64,000 nt of DNA. It comes from Eledone cirrhosa. Lineage: Eukaryota. Below the pieces are notes generated by a model. It ran no database searches, was not told where the DNA came from, and worked only from the letters and a program-made list of their open reading frames with translations. This document shows positions 1-13,275 of the stretch, piece after piece. Location: contig OZ024740.1 of assembly GCA_964016885.1 (NCBI GenBank), forward strand, positions 228,966,001 to 229,030,000, given 5' to 3'. Numbering within the stretch: the first letter of the stretch is position 1; each line of letters begins with the position of its first letter. The translations under genes were made by a program, and so were the position numbers.

Positions 1-554
1 TTACCTAGATTTATTAATTAACTAATTAACTCGGCTTATTTTTAATTAACTACATTTCAACTTAATGGAAAAACGGTCTGTAGCTCTTGAAACAAACCAC
101 TCTCGTTAATATCAATTTCCCATGCACAAACATATACTCACATACACATACACACACATATACGCGCGCGCACGCACACACACACGCGCGCGAACGCACA
201 CATACGCACTCGCTCACGTACACACATATAAAAAGAGAGAGGAAGAAGAAGAGAAGAACGAGGAGGAGGAGGAGGAGGGGGAGGAGGAGGAGGAGGAGGA
301 GAGGTGTGTGTGTATGTGAAGAAGAAAGTAAGAGGAGAAAAAGGGACATTGGAAGGTTTCCCAAAGCGTTCCTTCTGCACGAAAAACATATAGTTAAGTG
401 CAGACCATACTTAATAAGATGAGCTGAAAATTATATTTAATCAATTGAAGTGATAACCGAAATAATATAAAATGCAATTAGCATTAACAAGATGAATTTG
501 AAAGGGAGAGAACTCCCGAAATTCTATTCAACACACACACACACGCACACACAC

Positions 555-828
555 ATTTTTGTATTTGCTTTGCAAGATTTTTTATCTGAAAACGTGTGTT
601 GAAACAGATATTGTAGTTTGAGGGGGTCATGCTGCCCATAAAAACACACGCACATTTTTATTTCACTTCAATGTATTATCAAAATGTCCAGGTCGGTTAG
701 TTTAATGACCGGATGGTTATTTATTTATTACAGTAACCGACCAAGAAATTCTAATAACAATTTCAATTGAAGCCCCATAACTGCATATGTTTTTATTGAC
801 AGTATGACCCTCCCAAAGTGTAACAAGA
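555..828 (-). mobile_element. Fold-back PLE-derived element, family F1 (degenerate copy)
   Basis: Tail 555-608 (gcaagatt..tatctgaaaacgtgtgttgaaacag) plus diverged inverted arms ~609-710/~731-828. Similar to 19476-20044, 22358-22803 and 28083-28535; flanked by (CA)n/(TA)n. Confidence 0.65.
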
Positions 829-829
829 T

Positions 830-890
<61 letters not shown>

Positions 891-1052
891 AAATTAGGAT
901 ATAGACAAAAAGAAGACAACGGAAAACAATGCAGAACAAAAGAGAACATTTTTTTTTATTTAAAAAAATAATGGCAAAAAAGACTAACGAAAGACACAGA
1001 ACTCCAAGGTCTTCCGCTGTTGAGATGAATTTAGACAGTTTCAACCCCCAAC

Positions 1053-1137
<85 letters not shown>

Positions 1138-1139
<2 letters not shown>

Positions 1140-2333
1140 AGGTGTGTAGGGTATTTGAGCACATATCTTTTTGGGTTATTGCTGCATTTTACTAAACTTT
1201 ATATCAGTAAACTTTTTTCCGGAAAACAATAAAGGAAGCTAATCTACTAACTCAAGAAATGAAAAGGCATGTTGTAATCGTGGCTTTAGAGACTGGAGAT
1301 AGCGATTTAGAGACAGCTTGATTTTTAAAAGTTGCCAGAACTTTCGCCTAGAAAGTTCGTAAGGAGTTAGAGACTGAAGATGGAAACGAATCAGAACACC
1401 TGAATTTATCCAGAAAATCCATGAGGTCACTTGCAAAAGATTTCCATGTGTCAGAAGGAACAATCAGAAATGTTGTCCACAGTGACATCAGATATAAGAC
1501 TACATGATGAGGAATGGTTAATTTATGTCAGAAAAAAAAACAAGCAAATCGCTTAATCACATCTAAAAGGCTCTTAAACAAACTTAAACAAATCCAGCAG
1601 AAGATGACGTAATTTGTTTTTTCTCAGACAAGAAAAACTTCGACCAAGATCAGAGATTTAACAAACGAAATGACAGATGGTGATGTGATGTGCAGATCCT
1701 TCTGAAGTTCCAACAGTTATGCACACAACATTTCCTGCAACTGTCATAGTTTTAGTGTTGTCAGCAATGAAGGACATGTGATGCCTCCTCACCTCTTTTT
1801 ACAAGGCCTTAGAGTTAACTCTGCTGCCAGCTATTGTGGTCCTACAAACAGTTGTAAATCCCTGGATAGACAATGTATGTAATGGAAGGCCTTATGTGTT
1901 TCAGCAAAACTCTGCACCATCACACAAGGCTCAAGTAATGCAGGAATGGATAGCTGAAAATGTTCATGATCACACAACTAATATTTGGTCTCCTAACTCT
2001 CCAGATCTCAATTTATTGGACTACTATGTATGAAACGTTTTAGAGGGAGAAGTCAATGAACACCCTCATAACACCACAGATTATTTGAAAGCCGCCATAG
2101 TCAGAATAATGTCCAATATGAACCAGGACCATTTAATTCGAGCATGTAGACGATTTCGAACTCACATAGAAAAAGTTTGCATTAAAGCTGAAGGTGGCTT
2201 TATTGAATAACATTATAAAAGAGATGATATACTTTTATGCTTTAGCATTCTTCAAAAATTAAGTTATTATCTGTTATTATATATGTGTTTTTCAATAAGC
2301 ATAAATCTGTCCTCAAATACCTTACGCATCCTG
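1138..2333 (+). mobile_element. Tc1/mariner DNA transposon relic (maT/DD37D-like), pseudogenised transposase
   Basis: Imperfect TIRs caaggtgtgtagggtatttgag / ctcaaataccttacgcatcctg with TA flanks. Transposase remnants FSDKKNF..NDRW and VFQQNSAPSH...WSPNSPDLNLLDY, with 36 residues between the 2nd (D>N) and 3rd catalytic positions. Frameshifts and stops present. Confidence 0.85.
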
Positions 2334-2487
2334 TATATTATTGGTTCTACTACAGACAGGTAAAGAGAGTTTACATGGGTAATCCCATCCATGCTTATAA
2401 AATAGGGTGAAGATCTCTAAAGAAAAAAAGAGAAGTTGCTATCTGCCGCTACGAGTATTTGAACCTCGTATCTCTCAGGATTTGTGT

Positions 2488-2530
2488 TTATATATATATA
2501 TATATATTTGTATATATATATATATATATT

Positions 2531-2569
<39 letters not shown>

Positions 2570-2570
2570 G

Positions 2571-2609
<39 letters not shown>

Positions 2610-2610
2610 T

Positions 2611-2669
<59 letters not shown>

Positions 2670-2694
2670 ATATATATATATATATATATATTTG

Positions 2695-2725
<31 letters not shown>

Positions 2726-2778
2726 ATATATATATATATATATATATATTTGTATATATATATATATATATATATATT

Positions 2779-2813
<35 letters not shown>

Positions 2814-2840
2814 ATATATATATATATATATATATATTTG

Positions 2841-2901
<61 letters not shown>

Positions 2902-2972
2902 ATATATATATATATATATATTTGTATATATATATATATATATATTTGTATATATATATATATATATATATT

Positions 2973-3031
<59 letters not shown>

Positions 3032-3221
3032 ATATATATATATATATATATATTTGTATATATATATATATATATATATTTGTATATATATATATATATA
3101 TTTGTATATATATATATATATATATTTGTATATATATATATATATATATATTTGTATATATATATATATATATATTTGTATATATATATATATATATATA
3201 TATTTGTATATATATATATAT
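2488..3221. repeat. (TA)n microsatellite periodically interrupted by TTTG
   Basis: Directly visible; source of the spurious YI-repeat ORFs. Confidence 0.95.
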
Positions 3222-3580
3222 GAATGTATGTATAGTATATTTGGCAATATACCGTATGTTTAATTAAAAACATTTAGAAGACCATACGCTATCAGTTTTA
3301 AAGTAGTGACTATGTCACTTACTTCTTTTCGGCGAAAGAAAGGAGAGAAGCGGACAGTCTGTTTCACGCTGGTTGGCGTTCATCAGAGCCACGCACTCCC
3401 CTGCTTTCGCCAAAAATTATAGAAGCTGGATTCTTATAGGAGCTGTTTATACAGAGCGATTATACAGAGCGATTGCTGGTCCAGCAAAAATAGCTATTAG
3501 GATTGGTGCTCTGAAATAGCGATGTATACATGAATGTATGTATAGTATATTTGACAATATACCGTATGTTTAATTAAAAA
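3221..3580 (-). mobile_element. 310-nt retrozyme-like/pLTR unit with 50-bp terminal direct repeat
   Basis: 3221-3270 is repeated at 3531-3580 (1 mismatch); an HHR lies inside on the minus strand; adjacent to (TA)n. Confidence 0.7.
3348..3390 (-). ncRNA. Type I hammerhead ribozyme
   Basis: Minus strand reads ggct-CTGATGA-ACGC-caacca-GCGT-GAAA-CAG-a-CTG-TC^cgct. Canonical core, GUC triplet at 3355-3353; first stem I pair mismatched. Confidence 0.75.
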
Positions 3581-4201
3581 AAATATATCTAGGGCAGGTA
3601 ACATTCCCGAGATCTCCAGCGGTCTCTGTCCCTCATTATCGCTGCCATGTCCTACGTCTCCAAGAGACCAATGTCTGTCCTTAGGGCATCAACATACGTT
3701 AAGCTCGGTCTTCCTCTTCCAGTGTGTCCATGCAGGGACTCCCACAGGAGCACTGGGTGCAGTGTCAACTCTGGATGTTGGTGAGCATGTCCAGCTAACA
3801 CCAGTCTCCTCTGTGTTACTCTCGAGTTGACTTTTGGGAGGCTCCCGTACAGCTCTGAGTTCTATATATATATATATATGGTGCACTTTTAGGCTACGGC
3901 CAGCCACACGAACCTGTAACATATCCTGAACAAGCAATGCCTGTACTTTGAAGGTTTTTTAAGTGGGGAAAGTCCTTGCACTCGACCAATCCCACACTCT
4001 GAGCATCGAAAAGACTACTCGAAAAGGAGTACTAGTCAAGATCATCGGATGCTTCCGAAGTCGCAGGGTTTTTTTTCAGAGTTTCCCCCCTCCTAGAAAG
4101 GTTTTGTGACAACAACTGGGGACCTTTCACTCCCAGGGTGTGAAAGACATACATACATACATACATACATACATACATACATACATACATACATACATAC
4201 A

Positions 4202-4232
<31 letters not shown>

Positions 4233-4784
4233 TTGTAGTAAACCCTTGTGTGCTGAGTGTGCTGCTGTACCGTTTCCAGGAATCGCTGTCTGATCAGGCG
4301 GTGAAGTAACTCTGTTGGTGTCTCAGTGCTTCCTACTGTGCCACCAAAGAAACTCGGTGCCACCCAGTCACGTAAGTGACAAAACTCCTGCACAACAGCT
4401 TTATCTTACTCTCATCACAGAAATGGCTTGAGCACCAGGAAATCCTCTTCTCTCTTTCTCTTGTAGAATTTTTTAAAAAAATTGAGTTTTGAAGATCAGG
4501 AGAGAAGAAGCTGATGTTGTGGTCCCTACTCAGACGTCACCGTCGACTTCAACACTTGATCCCATTTGGTGGACGCCCTTCACTGCGATCGTTCAGAAAG
4601 AAAAAGAAGCAAATTCTAATCTCAAGAGATCCCTCGGTGCCAAAAGGTAAACAAAGATTTCAACATTTTTCGCTAGCTCTCGTACACCGGAACCGCACCA
4701 ACAACATGTGTAACTCATTTTTAATGTAGTGTCGTTTTATCCTATTCAAAATATTAAAAATGTAGGCTCATAATACCACTTGAC

Positions 4785-5005
4785 GGCGATGAATTTGTTT
4801 TGGAAGGTTGATATGAAATCGTGTGTTGGAACAAATATTGTTATTTTGGGGGAGGGTCATATTGTTTTAATATTGCCAGAAATAATAATAAAACATTCAC
4901 TGTTTGGTTTTGATTGCTTTTCGCTTTTGTATCTTTTATATCTCCATAGTTAATTTATCTGGCCATCAATTTTTATCATTGATTGACCAACGGTTAGAAG
5001 TACCG

Positions 5006-5008
<3 letters not shown>
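4785..5008 (-). mobile_element. Family F1 fragment (diverged)
   Basis: gaaatcgtgtgttggaacaaatattgttattttgggggagggtcat matches the F1 tail/arm junction. Confidence 0.5.
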
Positions 5009-5051
<43 letters not shown>

Positions 5052-5055
<4 letters not shown>

Positions 5056-5290
5056 TAATAAAAACAATGAATAAAAACAAAGAAACAGCTCCTTATATTA
5101 AATTTTTTTTTAATATAACGAACTGTTTCTTTGTTTTTATTCATTGTTTTTATTAATTTCTCTTGACTCTGTTTTCCTGTGATTTTCATCGAAAAAATTT
5201 TTGAATACATCTTCTCTTTTCATGATATTTGGATTACATTGAGTTCTTCATACGGATTGGACACTACCGTATATTTTGGGAGATTTATCT
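5052..5290 (+). mobile_element. Fold-back 3'-end fragment of the Naiad-like PLE (family F2)
   Basis: Inverted arms ~5052-5103/~5108-5159. Tail 5160-5290 resembles 61837-61970 (tcttgactctg...cattgagttcttcatacggattggacactaccgta). In (TA)n. Confidence 0.8.
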
Positions 5291-5392
5291 CTCTCTCTAC
5301 ATATATATATATAAACGGAAAAAATGAAACGAAATTTAATTTCTCACTCTTAGTACGGCTGTTATTTAAATATAAGTATGTACGTATACATA

Positions 5393-5443
<51 letters not shown>

Positions 5444-5444
<1 letters not shown>

Positions 5445-5488
5445 ATCAAAGTTCTTTCGTCACACATCTGTGACATCATCAGTGGTAC
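5444..5488 (-). ncRNA. Hammerhead ribozyme motif (F1-related)
   Basis: Minus strand reads tacca-CTGATGA-t-GTCACA-gatg-TGTGAC-GAAA-gaacTT-tgata. Intact core and 6-bp stem II. Confidence 0.65.
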
Positions 5489-5859
5489 TATTATGTTTCC
5501 TCCCGTTGTATTGTAATATCTACGCCATTTTTATTTAATTTCATTGTATATAATATGACTGTTGTGATGAAAAACCGAATATATTTAATTTTTCTTTCTT
5601 GGAAATTATAATCTAAATTATGACGAAATATGCTATATTATACTTTATATTAAATAACATTACATATTGCTATCTATAATGGTTTTTGATTTAGGCACAA
5701 TATAAAGAGCTGTAACTAAATGCCGCAAAGCATGTTGACCGGGGCTCTACCGACACTGCCAATCTACCGCTCTGATTCTGTCAAAATAATATAAAATGTT
5801 AGATTATATGTAAATTTTTATTATTGCTGTAATGAGAAACACAATGTTTTATTTCTATT

Positions 5860-6180
5860 TTTGAAAATAAAAAAAAGGGGAAACTAAAGGAAAGAAAGAA
5901 TAGGGAAATATAGAAAAAAAAAGAGAGAAAGAAAGAAAAAAAAGAACGGGAAGGGGAGGAGATGGCAAGAGCTCTGGTATCGCAGAAGAGAGGGAGTGAG
6001 GGGGAGAGGGATTGGGTTTTGGGCCTAGGGCAAGCGGGTAGGAGCGCTGCATTCCGCTGACAGGACGGCACAGCATTCCCCCGTCCGATGGCCAGTGACA
6101 CTCGCTGTAACAGCCACCCAACCTCGCGGGGCTCCCTCCTGAGACGAGCCGCCAACGCTCCGATCATGCGGAGGAGCTTA
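5860..6180 (-). mobile_element. 3' fragment of CRE-like non-LTR retrotransposon
   Basis: Translation LLQRVSLAIGRGNA matches the QRxSxAxQRGNA C-terminal motif of CRE-type RLE domains; a second copy lies at 63590-63776. Confidence 0.6.
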
Positions 6181-6242
6181 TAATCTAAATTATTGCAAAA
6201 TATGATCTGTTGTTTTTTTTTTTATTAAATAATCCATATCGT

Positions 6243-6703
6243 TATGGATTAGCAGAATCGGTAGAGCACCGGACAATATGCTTTTTGGCATACAGATACG
6301 TCCTTTTTCATTCTGAGTTCAAATTCCGCCGAGGTTAGCTTTGCCTTTCATCCTTACGGGATCGATAAAATAAAGCGCCAATAACGCACCAGGGTCGATT
6401 TAATCGGCTTTTGCCTCCTACAAAATTGTTGGCTTTGTGTGTAAATAAGTAAATAAGGAACCATTATACATAGCAACTAGGGTGGTGGCTTGGCAGTATC
6501 TGTAGAGTGTCGGACACCATGCTTTGTAGCATAGAGTTACGGCCCTTTACGTTCTGAGTTCAAATCCCGCTGAAGTTAGCTTTGCCTTTCATCTTTACGG
6601 GGTCGATAAAGTTAAGTATCTGCAACGCACTGGGGTCGATTTAATCGACTTACCCCTCCTCCCCACTAAATTTGTTGGCCTTGTGCCCAAATCAGAAACC
6701 ATT
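6243..6703 (+). mobile_element. Two adjacent tRNA-derived SINEs with Nin-like central domain
   Basis: A box tggcagtatc.gtagag, B box gagttcaaatccc, and the domain ctttgcctttcatcctt..ggggtcgataaaa..aagtacc. Confidence 0.8.
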
Positions 6704-6773
6704 AAAAACTATACATGTTGCTATGGATTACAAATAATACCGTTAATGCTATTATATGTTAATTTCCACTGTG

Positions 6774-6850
6774 GAAGCTGAATGGCCGAATAGTTTAGAG
6801 GTTCACTTCACAACCATAAATTCCCGGGTTCGATCCTATTGCGTGGCAAG
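6774..6850 (+). mobile_element. tRNA-derived SINE head (second family)
   Basis: tggccgaatagtttag A box and gggttcgatcct B box. Confidence 0.55.
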
Positions 6851-6877
6851 TTGATAAAATATATGTCCAAGATTTGT

Positions 6878-7180
6878 GTGTGAAATTATTTAGTCAGAAA
6901 CTGCTTGGAAGCCTGTACAATGTACTGTAACAGTCTTGTCTCTCTCTCACGCTGAATTAGCTGTTCTTCTTGAGTGAGTGTTTGTGTCTTTCTGTGTATG
7001 TATGTGATTATGTCAATGTGTATATATATATATATATGTGTGAAATTATTTAGTCAGAAACTTCTTGGAAGCCTGTACAATGTACTGTAACAGTCTTGTC
7101 TCTCTCTCACGCTGAATTAGCTGTTCTTATTGAGTGAGTGTTTGTGTCTTTCTGTGTATGTATGTGATTATGTCAATGTG

Positions 7181-7190
<10 letters not shown>
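6878..7190. repeat. Tandem duplication, period 160 bp
   Basis: tgaaattatttagtcagaaac...ttatgtcaatgtg at 6881 and 7041. Confidence 0.9.
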
Positions 7191-7253
<63 letters not shown>

Positions 7254-7309
7254 ATGTGCGTGTGCCTGTGTGTGTGAGTGCGTGTGTGTGCCTGTGTGTG
7301 TGTGTGTGC

Positions 7310-7370
<61 letters not shown>

Positions 7371-7587
7371 CGTGTGCCTGTGTGTGTGTGTGTGTGTAGT
7401 GGACTATCTGGTCATTTACATTTAGCGTGCCATCTATCTGTACGTTTACAGTTGAGCGTGCTGTCTACTCCAACTATAAAATGTAAGCCTAAACTTAACC
7501 CTAACCCGGTTGACAGGTCATGTCACAACAGACAAAGAATATGAACACTGCAGATGACCGCATTGTAAAGTAACACCTATCTATGTA

Positions 7588-7652
<65 letters not shown>

Positions 7653-7750
7653 GGAAAGCCACAAATCAAGGTAGTACTCGATGCAAAATGGGATGCAGTA
7701 TGAGCATAATGAGGTGGTAGGATTGGGATTCTACTTTTCAATGCCCAGCT

Positions 7751-7814
<64 letters not shown>

Positions 7815-7929
7815 GCACAGGTACGCACACAAACACATATGTATGCATATTTATATTTATAGCTAAAGACATTCTAATGTTTATTCGCAAACATACCGTA
7901 TATTATTCAATATACAAAACATACACACT

Positions 7930-8144
<215 letters not shown>

Positions 8145-8226
8145 ACACACACACACAGACACACACATATATATATATATGTATACGTATATATGTATGT
8201 ATGTATATATGTATATAGTATGTATG

Positions 8227-8632
8227 GGAGAGCTGACCGCTTAGCCTTTGTCAAGGCAGAATTCTAGGAGAAGGAAAACTCTGATATAACACCTGCAACC
8301 CTGATGGTATCCAATGATGTTGACTTGTTCTTCTTTTTGGTAAATATCATCTTGGTTAAGAGAGTGGGACTGGCTTTGTGCAGTGCCTTTGCTCACTATA
8401 AAAGCTTCACAGCACAGGCATTGCTTTGTATCTGGAGATCTCTCTGTACTTGTCGTCACATGGTACCATGGGCCCACTATGAGTCAATAATTGTCACAAG
8501 TGTAGTGTTTGTACCAGAGTTTTCAAGTCGCTGGCTGGACTAAAAAGTCACACTCGTTCAGCGCATCGGTAGGGGTTCTCCTACATGGATATAAAGTAGT
8601 GGCCGTACTCGAAAACGAGTTGGCAGCCACCA
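8227..8632 (+). mobile_element. ~400-bp interspersed repeat with (TATG)n tail, probable RTE-related SINE
   Basis: Near-identical to 20322-20728 and 25336-25732; contains tctaggagaaggaaaactctga, resembling RTE 5'UTR sequence. Confidence 0.75.
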
Positions 8633-8884
8633 TGTATGTATGTATGTATGTATGTATGTATAATTATCTCACAAACAATGTTTTCTCCACTTTCCCTTCT
8701 ACTTCAAGTGATACATAAACTTAATACATTACATCATTTCTTTAACCTTCTTTCTTCCATCTCTTTCCATTCGATCAATTAATTTTCATAAACATTACGT
8801 CCTACTTGTTCACTTTTACAGCCAAACCTCATCCCACCTCATAAACACACGCTTTCTTATTTAAATTACTATATCTATTGTCAA

Positions 8885-9563
8885 AGGCGGTTCGATTGGT
8901 AGTATGTGGAGAAGGTCGGACGCCTGCTTTCATGCATAGAGTTACGGCCCTCTATGATCTGAGTTCAAATCCCGCCGAGGTTAACTTTGCCTTTCATCCT
9001 TACGGGCTCGATAAAATAAAGTACCAGTCACGCACTGGGGTCGATTTAATCGACTTTCCTCCTCCCCTCAAATTGCTGGCCTTGTGCCTATATAAGATAC
9101 CATTATTCACCAGGACAAAATTGAATTAGCAGAATCAGAAGAGCGTCGGACAACATATTTTGCGGCATATAGTTACATCCCTTTACGTTCTGAGTTCAAA
9201 TCCCACCGAGGTTAGCTTTGCCTTTCATCTTTACAGAGGGCGATAAAATAAAGTACCAGTAATTCACTGGGGTGCATGTAATTGACTTTCCTCTCACCCT
9301 AAAATTGCTGGTCTTGTGCCTAGATCAGAAACCATTATTCTATCTATTGTTATGGTGGTGGGTTGGCTGGATAGGTAGAGCATCAAACAAAACGCTTTGC
9401 GGATTTATTCCGGCTCTTCGCGTCTTGAATTCAAATCCCGCTGAGGTTAGCTTTTCCTTTCCTCCTTCTGAGGTCGTAAAATGAAGTACCAGTAATGTAC
9501 TGGGGCTGATTTAATCAACTCCCACCAAATTGCTGTTCTTGTAGCAATGCTAGAAAGAATTAT
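8885..9563 (+). mobile_element. Three tandem Nin-domain tRNA SINEs
   Basis: Copies at ~8885-9107, ~9120-9338 and ~9353-9563. Confidence 0.8.
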
Positions 9564-9793
9564 TCTCTTTATTTTTATCGTTAGTCAGCAAACGGTCTAC
9601 TTCTTCCTTTATTGTTTCTTTCTTACTTTCTTTTTCTCCCCAACCCCCCTCCTTTCTTTTTTCTTTCTATTTTTTTCTTTCTTTCTATTTCCTTCCTTCA
9701 TTGTATATTTATTTATTTATCTATTTATTTAATAAAAGACCAATAGTTTTCAAACGGACGGTACAATGCGGTAGAAAACTACAAAGGGCAAAT

Positions 9794-9957
9794 GATGACA
9801 AATAAAAAAAAAAGCAAAGTAATATTTTACCCAGTGTATTTTAATATATTTCAGGGTTAATGCCCTCTTTTCAAACGATGACAAATAAAACAAAACAAAG
9901 TAATATTTTACCCAGTGTATTTTGATATCTTTCAGGGTTATTACCCTCTTTTCAAAT
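9794..9957. repeat. ~84-bp tandem duplication
   Basis: atgacaaataaaa...caaagtaatatttt.cccagtgtatttt...ttcagggtta..ccctcttttcaaa occurs twice. Confidence 0.85.
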
Positions 9958-10935
9958 GTGGAGCTGAAACAGTTCAAATCAAAACGAACGATCGATATGT
10001 TTTTCCTTAATCTATTTATTCATTTATTTATTTCTCTCTGTACTTCCATATTTATACATCCTACAGATATCGATCACCTTTACACTCTCCAATCATAAAT
10101 ATACACCTTGTCTATCTGTTACATATTGCATTTAATTGTACCTATTACATATCATATCTATTACATATCATATCTATTACATATCATATCTTTTAAATAC
10201 TGTATACATTTTTTATTATATATTATATCTATTTAACTTTGCCTTTCATCCTTACGGGGTTGATAAAATAAAGTACCAGTGATGCACTGGGGTCGATTTA
10301 AATCGACTTTCCCCTCCCGCCAAATTGCTGGCCTTGTACCTATATAAGAAACCATTATATATTATATCTATTATATATTGTATCTATTGTATATTGTATC
10401 TATTACATATTATATATATTATATGTTGTTTCTATAGTTATCTTCAGCTATAGCTGCAGGCCATCTGCATACAAGACAGAAAGACCAACACCAGACAACT
10501 GAACGCTGTCTGCACACGTGAGTAAAAGCTGTCCAAGTGAAGCCAGCTACAGTTCAAGTAAGGCAGCACTGTCAAAAACGAAAAAAACAAAAAAAACAAA
10601 AAAAAAAAAACTAGACCAACACAGCACAATTGCAGGCTACACCTGCACACGGGTACACCCACGTATTCCATGAGCTGTGGCTCGCATAACAGCCCTGCAC
10701 GTGCACACTTACTCCCGAATGATAGTAGGAGGGTCATCGTTGTCAACGATGGACGGCTAAAAAAGAAAGAAAAACAAAGAATCATATCTAATATGTTGGT
10801 TATATGGCGGCGAGTTGGCAAAGTCGTTAGAGCGTCGGTATTTGTTCCAGACCTGCCAACCTCTTAAAACCCAAACAGGTAGTACCATGAAAAAACGTGC
10901 CCCAAAACGGGGAGAAATGGGGTAATTTACATAAT

Positions 10936-11120
10936 TGTTTCTACTTTTGGCACAAGGCCAGCAATTACCCAGTGCATTACTGGTACTTTATTTTATCGAC
11001 CCCGTAAGGATGAATGGCAAAGTCAACCTCGGCGGGATTTGAACTCAGATCGTAAAGGGACGTAACTATGCTGGAAAGCATGGCGTCCAACCCTCTACCG
11101 ATACTGCCAATCCACCGCCC
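10936..11120 (-). mobile_element. Nin-domain tRNA SINE with 18-bp TSD
   Basis: TSD tggggtaatttacataat at 10918-10935 and 11121-11138. Confidence 0.9.
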
Positions 11121-11470
11121 TGGGGTAATTTACATAATGAAAGCTATACCTATTTTCACAAGAGAAGACATTTCTCACCCCCACCCACTCCATCAGCGGA
11201 GGTCTCTAAGGTCCGGGTTAGAATTCCACCGAGGTTCACTTTGTCTTTCAGCCCTTTTTTCAGGGTCGATAAATAAAGTACCAGTCCTTGGATGGTAGAT
11301 TGGTAGAATTGCTAAAGCATCAGACTGGATACTTTACAGTATCTGGCGATCACAACTCCTGACAGAAGGAGGAAGGTTCGGAACGCAGGACTCAAAAGGC
11401 CGGATCAGACATTACAAAACATCCTGTCCAACTCTTTACGTACAAGTGACTGAGTCTTCTCTAACATGTT

Positions 11471-11684
11471 CGAGGATCAGCTGAATAGATTACAAGATGA
11501 AAGGTCCATAGGCTGACCAAGATACTCTCATGGAATGACCAAATGAGGTTTATTTTTCAATATAGTCCCTGGAAAGAAACAATGCAGTTATTAATAAGAA
11601 GAGTTGAAATTAATGTATGCAAGATTTCACAGCTCTAGCATCACTCCGTCATAGTCAGCCTATGAACACTTCAACTGACCCTCG
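11471..11684. mobile_element. Mariner-type MITE (diverged copy of 42921-43226)
   Basis: cataggctgaccaagatactctca ... gtcagcctatgaac..ttca.c.gaccctcg. Confidence 0.7.
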
Positions 11685-12636
11685 TATACACATAAAGTAA
11701 TTCTTAAGGAGATTCCACATAACACAATGTGTGACGAGCCCGGCCTTTTGAATTACAGATGCTGTCCATCCGATGGGCTTCCAAACAGTTCCCGCCTACC
11801 CAATTTCACTCACAAGGCATAGGTCAACCCGAGAACACGTATAGTAAATAACGCTTGCCCAAGACATCTGCCATACAGTGGGATTGAATGTGCGACCTAA
11901 TGATGGAGAAGTGAACCTCTTAACCACTCGGTTGTGCTGCGTTCACAACACACACATACACAGACACAAAGGCAAACCCACGCATACACACATAAAAGCA
12001 AACCCACGCACACACACACACACACACAATAGTAAATCCACGCACACACACACACAAAGGCAAATCCACGCAGACACACACACACACACGCACAGAGGCA
12101 AACCCACGCATACACATACATAAACATAAGTTGCGGTGTTGGTTGAGTATCCCCACTCCTCAAAATGGGTATTGGATATTAAAAGACCTAGGGCTAAACA
12201 ACAACTATAACAACAATCATAACGCACACACGCATACGCACATACATACGTATTCACATACTCACACAGAGACAAGACCACACATATACATACACATACA
12301 TAAACAGGCGGCTACGTTGGTTGAGGCAGGTTAATTTAGTACAAGGAAACTGTAAACCTCTCTCTCTCTTTCCCTTCTCTCTCCGTCTCACTCTTTCTCT
12401 CTTTCTCTCTCTCTCTCTCACTCCATATGTCCCTCCCCCTCTCTCTCTCTTTCTGTTTCTCTCCCCTTTCCCACTCTCACTTACTCACTCTCTCCCGCTA
12501 TCTCTCTCCGTCTGTCTACCGCCCCCTATCTCTCTCTCTCTCTCCCTCTCCCTCTCTCTCTTACTCATTCTCTGCGTCTGTCTAAACCCCCTTCTCCCCC
12601 TTTCTCTCTCTTACTCACTCTCTTCGTCTGTCTAAA

Positions 12637-12723
<87 letters not shown>

Positions 12724-13130
12724 AGTTCCTCACATCCTGTCTGAGTTTTTTACGATCCAAACAAAAGCAACGCACAAGACGTTGCCAATTGCCCGGATGC
12801 CGAACGTAGTAAACAATTTTCACTGTCTGCATATGTGTGTACGTGTGTGTATCTGTGTGTGTATAAATGCGTCTATGTGTATGTATGTGTAATATGTCTG
12901 AATATGAGGCGTACTTATGTGTGTAAGTGCGTGTATGTGTATAAGTGTGTGTATGTGTGAGTGTAAGGTGTCTGAATATGTGTGTACAAATGCACGTGTA
13001 TTTGCATGTATGTGTGATATGGCTGTGTGAAAGTCTGACTCGTGTATATATTGTGTATATATGTATATATATATGTGTGTGTATATGTGTGTGTTTGCAT
13101 TTGTTTCCATTATGCTACTATACACAACTG

Positions 13131-13201
<71 letters not shown>

Positions 13202-13230
13202 GTGTGCGTGTGTGTATGTGTGTGTGTGTT

Positions 13231-13275
<45 letters not shown>

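Noticed and set aside
2407-3273. Long ORFs of YI/CV/HT repeats here and throughout (e.g. 15274-16076, 51923-52514)
   Set aside because: Translation artefacts of (TA)n and (TG)n microsatellites.
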